From the NCBI GenBank assembly GCA_021160245.1, contig JAGHCW010000154.1:1-58197 (forward strand): a stretch of 58,197 nt of DNA. The letters run 5' to 3'. Below, piece after piece: positions 21,412 to 30,450 of this stretch (position 1 is its first letter; every line of letters begins with the position of its first letter). The stretch comes from a bacterium (GTDB lineage: Bacteria; B130-G9). The translations under genes and the position numbers were made by a program. The notes beneath the pieces were generated by a model, which searched no databases, had not been told where the DNA came from, and saw only the letters and a program-made list of their open reading frames with translations.

Positions 21412-22416
21412 TCAACCGGAGGAGATCACGCTCGATGGGAGCATACCCATCTTGATCGCCCATTCAATGGCTTCCATATACCCTCTTTTGATGCCGTAAT
21501 TCGGCTCCATTCCAAGAATATCAATGGACTTCTGAGGATCGCATCCGACATTCCGGACGGTCTCGCCAACAATGTGGAAGTTCTCGGAGTATATACCGAA
21601 ATTGTTGATAGCGACATCAATATGCTCGCAGAGATTGCCGAGAATGGCCGGTATGAAAAGCGGCGTGAGCGCTACGCCCAAGATGTCGGCCAGCGCCTGA
21701 TATATGAGCAAGGTCGAATAAGGCTCCTTGTCAGATATCCAAGACAGCTCGCCGTTTGCCTCGTCCTTCTTTTCGGCCAGCAAGATGGCGTCAACGAGCG
21801 ACTCGACGTTGGTGAGACTCCTCAGATGGTGGCCATCACCAAATATGGGCGGTCGCCCGCCTTTCACCATGTTGATGAGCTTGACCATCCTGCCGGACAT
21901 TCGTGGGCCAAAATACATACAAGGCCTCAAGATCACGCATTGCATTCCGTTCTTGCCATGAGCTTCCATGACGGAAATTTCAGCAGCCCGCTTGCTCCTG
22001 CCATAAGGACTCTCCGGCCTACACGGGCCGGTCTCGGTCATCAGCGTATCGCGGTCTTTGTTAAAGCCCTGGGCCGCGTTGCTGCTAATGTGTATGAACT
22101 TTTTTACCCCAGATTCAAGCGCCTCGGCCAGGACGTTTCGCGTGCCCTGGGTGTTTATCTCGTGAAACTCATTGGCCTTCTTCGGATGAATTATTCCTGC
22201 GCAGTGGACAACCGTATGGACATCGTTTGCAGCCCCCTTCAGACTGCTGGCGTTCCGGACATCGCCAAAGATGATGTCCTTGACACCAAATCCCTGAAGC
22301 TCCGTCGTGTTCGAACCACGCATGGTGAAGCAACGAATGTCGCGCTTACCCAAGGCAAGCCTCTCGACGAGTGTCGTTCCCAACCAGCCCGGAGCCCCCG
22401 TTACAAGAACTCTCAT
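21412..22416 (-). CDS. NAD-dependent epimerase/dehydratase (extended SDR)
   Basis: TGAPGWLG, HCAG, INTQGT, HISS, catalytic YGRSK, ILRP; AGGAGG RBS upstream. Confidence 0.9.
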   Translation of the reverse strand: MRVLVTGAPGWLGTTLVERLALGKRDIRCFTMRGSNTTELQGFGVKDIIFGDVRNASSLKGAANDVHTVVHCAGIIHPKKANEFHEINTQGTRNVLAEALESGVKKFIHISSNAAQGFNKDRDTLMTETGPCRPESPYGRSKRAAEISVMEAHGKNGMQCVILRPCMYFGPRMSGRMVKLINMVKGGRPPIFGDGHHLRSLTNVESLVDAILLAEKKDEANGELSWISDKEPYSTLLIYQALADILGVALTPLFIPAILGNLCEHIDVAINNFGIYSENFHIVGETVRNVGCDPQKSIDILGMEPNYGIKRGYMEAIEWAIKMGMLPSSVISSG

Positions 22417-22506
22417 CTAGCACCTCCTGAAAACATCTCAAACAAATGACCAATAGTTGAATTCGGAGAAGGCAACCGGCTGACCAATTTGCCGTTCGCC
22501 CGGAAT

Positions 22507-22577
22507 GCTCATTGTCTCTTCAGTTCGCTCATTGTCAAGTTCTATTTTATTGACAAGAGGTCAAGGTTTGGTAGCGT
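22507..22577. promoter_or_regulatory. Candidate back-to-back divergent sigma70 promoters with a 10-bp direct repeat
   Basis: Plus strand: TTGACA (22550-22555), 16 nt, TGg-TAGCGT. Minus strand: TTGACA (22538-22533), 16 nt, GACAAT. GCTCATTGTC occurs at 22507-22516 and 22527-22536. Confidence 0.5.
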
Positions 22578-22623
22578 CAAGACTGATTATCCCTGTTGTG
22601 AGCCAATGTATCGGACAAGACAG

Positions 22624-24627
22624 ATGACAAATGAGCGAATGAAAACTCCCTGGATGCTGGTTCTGTTCGGAGCGCTAGCCGCCAGCAGCCTGTTAATCTT
22701 CTCCAATGTCATCGACTCCTTCTTCATGGGCGAGACGCTCGATTACCTCGGCCTTGTGAATGCCCGCATATTCTTCCACAATCTATGGGGCGACACGGCC
22801 TATATGAGCGCTCATTACGCAAGATGCGCCGTCCGAGCCCAATGGGGCATTGAGCAGTTCCTATTCGGAAGCAACCCGGTCGGATATCACATAGTAAACA
22901 TCCTATTTCACGCGATCAATGCATTCCTGCTGTTTATTCTCGCAAGGAAGATACTGGGCACGAGCAAAGCGACGACGGCGGCGGGGATCATCGGAGCGTT
23001 CATCTTCATCGCTCATCACGGGACAGCGGAGAACGTCCGGTGGATAACGGAGCGATGGGACCTTTCCATGGGGTTCTTCTACATCTGCGCGCTCTTGGTT
23101 TTCATTAGATATCGAGAGCGGGGCCGCGGACCGCATCTGCTGACTCTCTCAGTTGTGCTCTTCTTTCTTTCTGTATGTTCAAAGGAGATGGCCTTCTCGT
23201 TTCCGCTCATCATACTCGCATACGATCTCTGCTATCTAGGTGGCTACCGCGACTTAAGAGGTTTTTTGAGGCGAAAACTGCCCGCCCATTTCCCCTTCTG
23301 GCTCGCCACGCTGCTTTATTTCGCCTATAGATTTGCCCGTCACCAAAACGTCGCGGACTATCAGACAGCGCTCTTCGGCACCTCTACTCTGCTGCACAGC
23401 GTCGCGTCATATTTCTCTTGGTTTGCGTACCCATTCGGCAAGTGGGTCGCGGCCGCGATTCTGCTCTTTGCGTTCGTATTGGGAGGCAAGAAGCTGAGGT
23501 TCATCGTTCTATTCGTCGCGATTGCCATGTTGCCCGCCTCGCGCATTCCAGAGGTTTGGCGCGGTTACCTGCCGACATTGGGCTTTTGCATACTTTGGGG
23601 CGCAATTCTCACAACGGACTGGGTCGGTGAGTTCAGGAAAAAGTTGGGCAGGCCCCCTATGGCCTCTCAGCAACGCGGAGGCGCGAGGCGCATTGTGCTG
23701 CTTGCTCAATGTGTTGTTGTGGCCATTCTTCTTGCTACGAACGCTCATACGACATTGAAAGAGAACGCTGCCTGGGACGAAAACGCCACGAAGCTGGGAT
23801 TCCTGGCCTCCAAGATCAAGGCCGATCATCCTGACCTTCCTTCGGGCTCTGTGATATATGTGGTTGGTTTTGAAAGTGAAACGGATAAGGTGCTTGATCC
23901 TCTATTCTGGACGTCTCCCCTTGTCTTCCTAAACGACGAGATCAAGGTCGAGGCGTTCCCATTCCAGCATCTATATCCCAATTTCGCTCGCGGCTCCGCA
24001 ACCTCCCAGGATGGGTTCTATATATATGCTTTCACCGATGGTTCGCTCCATGAAGCACACGACTTGAAGAGGAGGCTGATTGAGCGTGAGGCATCCGCCA
24101 AAGACGGGTCAATGATTAGCCTCCTTGACCACACGGCTATTCTGCGCTCATCGGGTGATTCAATCGGACAAGAGAGCTGTATCAAGCTCAAGACGCCGGA
24201 GAACACCGCGAAATGGAGCAATACAATTGAGGTCGAGATTGCCCTGGAGGAAGGAGAGCCGGTGGAGAGCGAGCCTATCGGAAAACTCTCTTGGACTAGC
24301 ACAGACCAGGCGTCGATGGCGCTTTCGGCCTGCTCGCTGAGTTTCCGATTGAGAACGGACACGAGTTCGAACACGTACCGGCTCCCGGTCGGTTCCCTTG
24401 CCAGCTGGGTCTTTGCGCGCGAAATTAAGGAGCTCTCACTCTGCATCGAAGGAGGACCAGCACGAGTTTCGGTTAGCCGCATTGACGCCTGCCAACAGCG
24501 ATTTATAGAGACCAATGAGACGGGGCCTGCGTGGACAGGCTTCGATGATCCTCTCCACGGTTTCGTATTGCCCAGGTTCATGCGTATGCCTCGTGAGAGA
24601 TTCAATTACTTTACTGGCGCCAGATGA
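22624..24627 (+). CDS. Multi-pass membrane protein of the GT-C glycosyltransferase type (TMTC/PMT-like) with a C-terminal soluble domain
   Basis: LFG.NP.GYH.VN.LFH..N..L.F.L, H....ENV.WI..R.DL, L.V.SKE.A...P, about 10-11 hydrophobic segments. The ORF track starts at TTG 22489; I placed the start at ATG 22624 because it lies downstream of the predicted promoter (ATGs at 22606 and 22639 are alternatives). Confidence 0.75.
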   Translation: MTNERMKTPWMLVLFGALAASSLLIFSNVIDSFFMGETLDYLGLVNARIFFHNLWGDTAYMSAHYARCAVRAQWGIEQFLFGSNPVGYHIVNILFHAINAFLLFILARKILGTSKATTAAGIIGAFIFIAHHGTAENVRWITERWDLSMGFFYICALLVFIRYRERGRGPHLLTLSVVLFFLSVCSKEMAFSFPLIILAYDLCYLGGYRDLRGFLRRKLPAHFPFWLATLLYFAYRFARHQNVADYQTALFGTSTLLHSVASYFSWFAYPFGKWVAAAILLFAFVLGGKKLRFIVLFVAIAMLPASRIPEVWRGYLPTLGFCILWGAILTTDWVGEFRKKLGRPPMASQQRGGARRIVLLAQCVVVAILLATNAHTTLKENAAWDENATKLGFLASKIKADHPDLPSGSVIYVVGFESETDKVLDPLFWTSPLVFLNDEIKVEAFPFQHLYPNFARGSATSQDGFYIYAFTDGSLHEAHDLKRRLIEREASAKDGSMISLLDHTAILRSSGDSIGQESCIKLKTPENTAKWSNTIEVEIALEEGEPVESEPIGKLSWTSTDQASMALSACSLSFRLRTDTSSNTYRLPVGSLASWVFAREIKELSLCIEGGPARVSVSRIDACQQRFIETNETGPAWTGFDDPLHGFVLPRFMRMPRERFNYFTGAR

Positions 24628-24691
24628 TCGCATCCTCGCTATCTCTGGGCGAGGTGAAACAGGACATCATCGCGGGGAATTAAAAAAGCGC

Positions 24692-24721
24692 TTGACTCAA
24701 AACCAAGTTAAGTAGTACATT
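24692..24721 (+). promoter_or_regulatory. Candidate sigma70 promoter
   Basis: TTGACT-18 nt-TACATT, preceded by an A-rich tract (TAAAAAA). Confidence 0.45.
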
Positions 24722-24738
24722 CGCGCCAGATAATGATA

Positions 24739-24824
24739 GGGATAGAGGGTGGTTTTCCTGCTCTGAAAGCCTTTAGATCAGGCTGTCAAAGCACAAATAG
24801 CCCACCTCAATCCCCCCTTTTTTT
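24739..24824 (+). ncRNA. Candidate structured leader RNA or small RNA ending in a U-tract
   Basis: Outer stem GGGAT.GAGG.TGG / CCACCTC.ATCCC, an internal loop, inner stem TGCT.TGA.AGCCT / AGGCT.TCA.AGCA with a 7-nt loop, then CCC and T7. I do not recognise it as a known RNA family. Confidence 0.45.
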
Positions 24825-24900
24825 AACAAATGAAATGGACTTGCGATCTATCTTGCTCTGAACATGAGTTCGTTTCGGCACGTTCAACTAGAATAGGAGG

Positions 24901-27900
24901 TTGAGAACGGTGCGCAGAATGGTCTTAATGGGGACTAGCTGTATTTTGTTGAGCCTCGTCCTGGCATCCTTTTGCCTTGCAGAAACGGACACTTGGGAGG
25001 GAATGGGCCTCGACTTTCGCACACTGTGCGATAAGTCTGGCACTCTAGCCGAGCCGCGGATTGACTTCGATCGCGTTGTTTTCGGTGACCGGTCCGCATC
25101 GACGTGGCGAATCTATTACTACGAATATCGGACGGACGAAATAGTCGGCCCGATACCATACGAGGGACTTAGTCAGCAGAATCCGGACATTGATTTCAAT
25201 CAGATATGCTACACGGAGCGCCGGGTCACGAGTGGGACGAGGTGGGTCTATATATATGACATAGAGACCGGTAGCCACTCGGCTGTGGACTCTCAGACCT
25301 CTGTCGCGCAGCTCTCTCCGCACATCTATAAGGGCTATGTGGTCTGGCATGACAACAGGGCAGGATTCTCGAATTACAATATCTACATGTATGATTATAG
25401 CGATGATTCCGTGTATCCAGTCTGCGAGACTAGTGGCAATCAGCAGTATGCGGACATAGACGACTATCGCGTTGTCTATGAGACCCGAACGGCTCACAGC
25501 CAGCCAGATATCCAGATGTATGATTTTAATGGCACGGCTCCCGGCTCAGGTTCCTATCGAGCGATATGCTACGGCGGCTGGTATGCGGAGCGACCCTCTA
25601 TTCATGGGAAACGCGTCGTCTGGCAAGACTTGAGAAATGGCAACTACGACATCTTCATGTATGACATGGATAGAGAATCCGGAGATGAGGAAGTCGAAAT
25701 CTGTGTGCACTCTGGCCACCAGCAGAATCCCCATATCCGAGGAGATTTCGTATATTGGCAAGACTCGCGCTCCGACGGCTACGGGCCGGGAGTCTATTGC
25801 TACGACCTCAGATACGATCAGGAGATATTCCTAACTTCATCAAGTGGCGCTCCGACTGCATATCGCGGCCGCGTCGTCTGGGCAGCAGGTGGTGACATCG
25901 AATCCGCCATTCTGCCGGCCTATACGAATTTGAGCATTCCCGGCGGGCAGCACGGAACAAAAGGCTTGGAGGGCCCCGGATTCCGGCCTCTGGATTACGG
26001 CGGAGACATTGATCTCAGCTATACCGGGGACGATTCACCAAGTCATGACTGGCGCCCCTCGGAGTATGCCTATATCCTCTCGGTTGACGGCGGCACGCTC
26101 TACCAAGTATGCGATGATGGCGTCCACATGTACGAGGCATCACAAGATTACGGTCTTTATGGAGGCAACTTGTGGACAGATGGCGGTTGTACGGCTGTTC
26201 TTATGTTCCGCGAGGGGACGAAGGTCATCATCGGGCCGAACACATACATGGAGCTCAAATGGATACACCCGCTGTCCTTAACTAGACTGGAAACTCTGAT
26301 CCAAAACTACATCGGCGTTGACGATGTTGATAAGTTCGTGGAGGCTTCCGGTGACCTGAAGAGCTTGTTGGACTCATCCAACGCAAAGCCCGGCAGATTG
26401 AGCGACGCCGTCTATCTCATGGGCAAATACAATGACAACATAAGCAACAGCGTCGAAAAGGCCATAGAGACGTTTACATCCAAAGGCAAGGACATCCCCA
26501 ACCATTTGATGCGCTCGCGGATATTCTGCAACACTGCGAAATGTAGTCTATATGTGGCTGGTAATGGCCTGAATGTTCTCAAGGCTCTACTGAAGCTCTG
26601 GCACCTTCTGAATCTAGACGCATACTTAAGCGAGATTGAGAACAAGGCCCTTAACCCCTATATGGCGTCGTTCACCGAGAAGATGACAGATGCCAATCCC
26701 TGGGAGTTTGCGTCGGTAGAGGCGTACCAAGACAAAGCAGATATAATCGAAACGATGCTTGCCACCAATTCGCACGATCACATGATGACGAGCAGTCTCT
26801 TCCACCAGTGGTGGTGGTCGTGGGACGAGGACATCCCCACCGGCGAATGGAATGCCTTATTCCATGCGAAGGGCAAATGGGACGAGGGCGGTGACTGGGA
26901 TTCAACCAGGCAGACCGGTTCTGACACCTACCACTACCGCAGGCGCGACAAAGTAGTCGATTTCACCCGTTGTGAGCCCGGCGGCGGCACGCTGGTCAAT
27001 GTATTCCTGAAGGCCGTGGCCGGAAACATCTGCGACTTCGTGACCGAGATAGCCGGCAACTTCCTCAGCACAGAGTTCAAATTCGTTATCCAAGCGATGG
27101 ACGATAACAAAAACATCAATCAGGTCGTGCTTGAAGAGGGGCACATCAGAAACGTTAATGACATTCTGGAGGCGAAAGACAATAAGAAACCGATGACGCT
27201 CTTTAAGTTCTCCAACACAGGATGGCAGTCACGATGCACGCTCGCGGTTTATCGCACGAAGTTCGAGGCCGATGTCAGCGACACCGGAGTTGTTACAATC
27301 GACATGACAGAGGGCCAAGCCATTCTGGGCAACTGCATCAATGACGATTGGGAATCGGACGATTTCTGGCCGATAACTTGGAATGAGGGGAAGATCGTTA
27401 TAAATCCGGGCGAGGAGAGCGATTCTCTTCCAGTCCCCTACAGGATTGAGTGGCCATTCGTTACAGCCGTTTCCCCAACGCAGTATCATGCAGTCGCTTC
27501 CGAAGATGTTACCTATCGCTTCGAGTTCTCGGACTCGATGGACCAGGAGAGCGTGCAGGAAGACGGCCTGCTTAACCTCGTCGATAGCGCAAGCAACGTG
27601 AAATACGACGACACGATCCAGAACCTCATCGACGGTGGCGTTCTCACAGGTCACTGGGAGGGCCTTACAGAGGAGGATGAACGTTCAATGGTCTTGGTTC
27701 TTGTTCATACGAGCGACCTGGACTACGATGTGTACACCTACACTCTCGGTGTGAATGGTTGCGTTGACGAGGCCGGACGCCCGGTTCAAGATGGATCGGT
27801 TGAGATGGACTTCGCAGTTGTCGCCCCGATCGGCGCCGCTGGTGGCACTGCATCAACTCCAGGCGGCGTTGAGGTTGAAATACCGGCAGGAGCGATTGTC

Positions 27901-29166
27901 GGAGATGAGCAGATTGAGATCACAATGGTTGACCGTTCAGACGCCAATTATCCACCAAGTATGCACCCGCATCCTGTAGTATGTGAGTTCACGCCTCATG
28001 GTCTGGAGTTTGACGATCCCGTCAAAGTCACGTTCCCTCTGCCGGAAGGCCACGAAGGATATACTTATGAGACGATCCTGTGGTATGATTCAGACATTGA
28101 AGAGTGGGTTGATCTAGCCGGAACCGTCGATGGAGATACCATATATGTCTGGGTGGATCATTTCTCCAAGTTCGCCCCAGCCTATAGCGACACAGATGGC
28201 TCGCATCACAGGCCTGTTGCGGTGGCAGATGCGACACCCAAGAAGGTCAGCATCGGAGAGACGGTAACGCTAGACGGTTCTGCTAGCTACGATGACGATG
28301 CGGCAGATACCCTTTACTACCGCTGGGACTACGAGTGCGACGGCACGTGGGACACATCTTGGTCAACCGATCCGGTCTCGAGCACATCATACTCAACGGC
28401 CGGCGTAATCGTTGTTCGGTTAGAGGTTAAGGACAACGTCACCGACAGCGCGGCGTATTCAGATAGCGACACCTGCAAAGTATGGGTAGCCTGCAATAGT
28501 ACGCCTACCGCCGAATTCGAGGTTGTTGATAAGAGGGACTCGTACTACAGGGAAGAGACGATCACGTTGGACGCTTCCGCCTCCTTCGACGAGGATGGCG
28601 ACAGCCTTGAGTATCGCTGGGATTGGCAATCGGATGGCGAATACGACACGGGATGGAGTACGGACCCAATGGCCTCCACGTCATACGCAGTCGGCGGCGC
28701 CACATACGTAATCAGGCTCCAAGTGCGTGACGGAGAGGATGCCCGAGATACGGACTGGACTTCGGTATATATCGAGGACCAAACAGCCATTAGGCTGGAT
28801 TCGTTCACTGCTACGCAAACGAGGCGCGGCGTGAATGTCCACTGGGTCACGGGCTGCGAAATTGGAACGGCTGGATTCAACCTGTGGCGCAGCGACGGCG
28901 GCGAATACGTCAAGGTCAACACCCGCCTCATTGGGGCCAAGGGCGGACCCTCCATGGGAGCGAGATACTCCTATATGGACAAGAGCGCAAGTTCCGCGAG
29001 TAGATTCCGTTACAAGCTCGAGGAGATCGAGACCGACGGCCACTCCAACACTTTCGGGCCAATAGAGGTCAGGAGAGCGCCAGATGTGAGAATTGGCCTT
29101 GAGCCGGAGTTCAATCGAACCATTTCTACTCACAGAATGGAGATGGCTCCACAAAGTATGAAGTAA
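24901..29166 (+). CDS. Large secreted multidomain protein: beta-propeller repeats, interrupted FecR-like domain, Ig-like domain, ZU5-like domain with HFS motif, 2 PKD, C-terminal beta-sandwich
   Basis: Signal peptide ending ASFCLA. Repeats Q..P.I.G..VVWQD.RNGNYDIFMYD resemble the Methanosarcina-type propeller repeat. ZU5-like IG..GG......V.IP.GA....FtP.GL.F..PV....HFS. PKD-like TLD.SAS.D.D.D.L.YRWD...DG..DT occurs twice. Tail TAIRLDSFTA...WVT..E...GFN..RS. AGGAGG directly precedes the TTG, so GTG 24910 is an alternative start. Confidence 0.85.
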   Translation: MRTVRRMVLMGTSCILLSLVLASFCLAETDTWEGMGLDFRTLCDKSGTLAEPRIDFDRVVFGDRSASTWRIYYYEYRTDEIVGPIPYEGLSQQNPDIDFNQICYTERRVTSGTRWVYIYDIETGSHSAVDSQTSVAQLSPHIYKGYVVWHDNRAGFSNYNIYMYDYSDDSVYPVCETSGNQQYADIDDYRVVYETRTAHSQPDIQMYDFNGTAPGSGSYRAICYGGWYAERPSIHGKRVVWQDLRNGNYDIFMYDMDRESGDEEVEICVHSGHQQNPHIRGDFVYWQDSRSDGYGPGVYCYDLRYDQEIFLTSSSGAPTAYRGRVVWAAGGDIESAILPAYTNLSIPGGQHGTKGLEGPGFRPLDYGGDIDLSYTGDDSPSHDWRPSEYAYILSVDGGTLYQVCDDGVHMYEASQDYGLYGGNLWTDGGCTAVLMFREGTKVIIGPNTYMELKWIHPLSLTRLETLIQNYIGVDDVDKFVEASGDLKSLLDSSNAKPGRLSDAVYLMGKYNDNISNSVEKAIETFTSKGKDIPNHLMRSRIFCNTAKCSLYVAGNGLNVLKALLKLWHLLNLDAYLSEIENKALNPYMASFTEKMTDANPWEFASVEAYQDKADIIETMLATNSHDHMMTSSLFHQWWWSWDEDIPTGEWNALFHAKGKWDEGGDWDSTRQTGSDTYHYRRRDKVVDFTRCEPGGGTLVNVFLKAVAGNICDFVTEIAGNFLSTEFKFVIQAMDDNKNINQVVLEEGHIRNVNDILEAKDNKKPMTLFKFSNTGWQSRCTLAVYRTKFEADVSDTGVVTIDMTEGQAILGNCINDDWESDDFWPITWNEGKIVINPGEESDSLPVPYRIEWPFVTAVSPTQYHAVASEDVTYRFEFSDSMDQESVQEDGLLNLVDSASNVKYDDTIQNLIDGGVLTGHWEGLTEEDERSMVLVLVHTSDLDYDVYTYTLGVNGCVDEAGRPVQDGSVEMDFAVVAPIGAAGGTASTPGGVEVEIPAGAIVGDEQIEITMVDRSDANYPPSMHPHPVVCEFTPHGLEFDDPVKVTFPLPEGHEGYTYETILWYDSDIEEWVDLAGTVDGDTIYVWVDHFSKFAPAYSDTDGSHHRPVAVADATPKKVSIGETVTLDGSASYDDDAADTLYYRWDYECDGTWDTSWSTDPVSSTSYSTAGVIVVRLEVKDNVTDSAAYSDSDTCKVWVACNSTPTAEFEVVDKRDSYYREETITLDASASFDEDGDSLEYRWDWQSDGEYDTGWSTDPMASTSYAVGGATYVIRLQVRDGEDARDTDWTSVYIEDQTAIRLDSFTATQTRRGVNVHWVTGCEIGTAGFNLWRSDGGEYVKVNTRLIGAKGGPSMGARYSYMDKSASSASRFRYKLEEIETDGHSNTFGPIEVRRAPDVRIGLEPEFNRTISTHRMEMAPQSMK

Positions 29167-29205
29167 CAAGGCGATAGCATCTTGAGGATTTGACGAAAAG
29201 TTTCG

Positions 29206-29245
29206 GGGCGTCCGGCGAGCGAGCTGGGCGCCCTTTCTATTTTTT
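29206..29245 (+). terminator. Rho-independent terminator
   Basis: 11-bp stem GGGCGTCCGGC/GCTGGGCGCCC (two G-U pairs), loop GAGCGA, followed by TTTCTATTTTTT, 40 nt after the stop at 29166. Confidence 0.85.
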
Positions 29246-29351
29246 GGCCATTCAACCGAGAGCATCAGCCCTTATAGTTCATAGTCGTCCAGCAAGTGTC
29301 TTTCTGAATGCAATATCGAGGCGCGAATTACTCGATTTACACGAAAGACCT

Positions 29352-30289
29352 CTAATCGACCTCACTTGGGGCAGACATCCTCAGCTCATCAAAAAGCGCC
29401 CTATGTTTTAGCGCGGCGCGGTGAAACCTGACCCAGTGCGAGTTGAAAAAGCCGCTCTTCGCCCTGAACGTCTGCCTCGAGAGCCAATCGCGGTCGAAAG
29501 CGTCCATTCCAAGTCCTCGGGTCTCTCGCATTGAAGCGCCGTGGCTCTAAACGCGCTGGCTGAATAACGCGGGCAATCCGGGAACTCTCTCGCCCACTGC
29601 AAGCACTTGCTCCTGCACAGCTCATCGCTGTCCCCACTCTCGCAGTCTGGCCACATTCTCAGGACTTTATCGACTCTGTCCTTGATGGTTGTCCCACTCA
29701 GCCGCGCTTGCCCTTCTCGCCTCGGGCTGAGCCTTGACAAGACAGCTGTAACAAGCCTCAGCTGCCTCGAGGAACTTGTTCGGGTTATTCACATCTGTCC
29801 TTCTCACCTCGCCGGCGGCATTATCATAACGCTCGTAATCCCATACTACCCAAGACCTATCCGGAAGATGCCCAGCCTCAATGTGCCCTAAATCCGGCGG
29901 GCATTGCGGGCCAGCTGATCGAACAGACCCAAACGCCTCATCTCGCCTGCCTCGTCTCGGATGCGGATGCCCCCGATGTCATTCTCCCTAGCCCGGCGCC
30001 CGGAAAAGCCCTCATGCGACCAAGTATCCGCGAAACTATGAAGCGCAATTCCAAGCTGAAACAACCTGATATCAGCATCGCGCTCTCTTAAAGCATCATC
30101 AACAATCGCCCGCGCCATCTCCCCGTTGCGACTCACCGGATAGTCGAGTGGGAATGGACTCTGGCCATCCTCACTGGCCCGTCGCGATGGCAGGAAATGA
30201 AAGGGCATGAATACTTTTCTTTGAACGTTCTCAACAATGGCGAGTTTTGCTAGAGCATGGATGGCGTAGTAGTGAAAATCCCTTTGCAT
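29352..30289 (-). pseudogene. DUF6765-like gene broken by at least three frameshifts
   Basis: AGGAGG RBS and ATG. Frame 1: MQRDFHYYA...PFHFLP...LGIALHSFADTWSHEGFSG. Shift near 29895 gives PDLGHIEAGHLPD...WDY...NNPNKFLEAA. Shift near 29690 gives TIKDRVDKVL...LEW. Shift near 29500 gives FFNSHWVRFHRAALKHR...VD-stop at 29352. The family name is from memory of the motifs. Confidence 0.75.
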
Positions 30290-30386
30290 GATTGCCTCCT
30301 GAAAAAGAGAGCTCTCATACTGTGGGCGGCCGGGGCATGAGGTGTTTCGACTACGACCCTATCATACCACGCCCAATAAATGCGAA

Positions 30387-30411
30387 GGGCAGGCACACAG
30401 GCCTGCCCCAC
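30387..30411. repeat. Single REP-like palindrome, possible terminator of the giant-protein array
   Basis: GGGCAGGC-ACACAG-GCCTGCCC forms a perfect 8-bp stem. The minus strand reads GTGGGGCAGGCCTGTGTGCCTGCCC, resembling GTAG-type REPs. It lies about 40 nt downstream of the stop at 30451. Confidence 0.55.
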
Positions 30412-30450
30412 ACTTCACATAATCAATCTCTTGAATGTAACCTGCTGTGT

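Noticed and set aside
21328-22449. 373-aa plus-strand ORF
   Set aside because: It is entirely antisense to a clear SDR gene and has no recognisable motifs; a shadow ORF.
24870-24895. Sigma54 promoter before the 1421-aa gene (TTCGGCACGTTCAACTAG)
   Set aside because: It has a GGCAC -24-like half but no TTGC at the -12 position.
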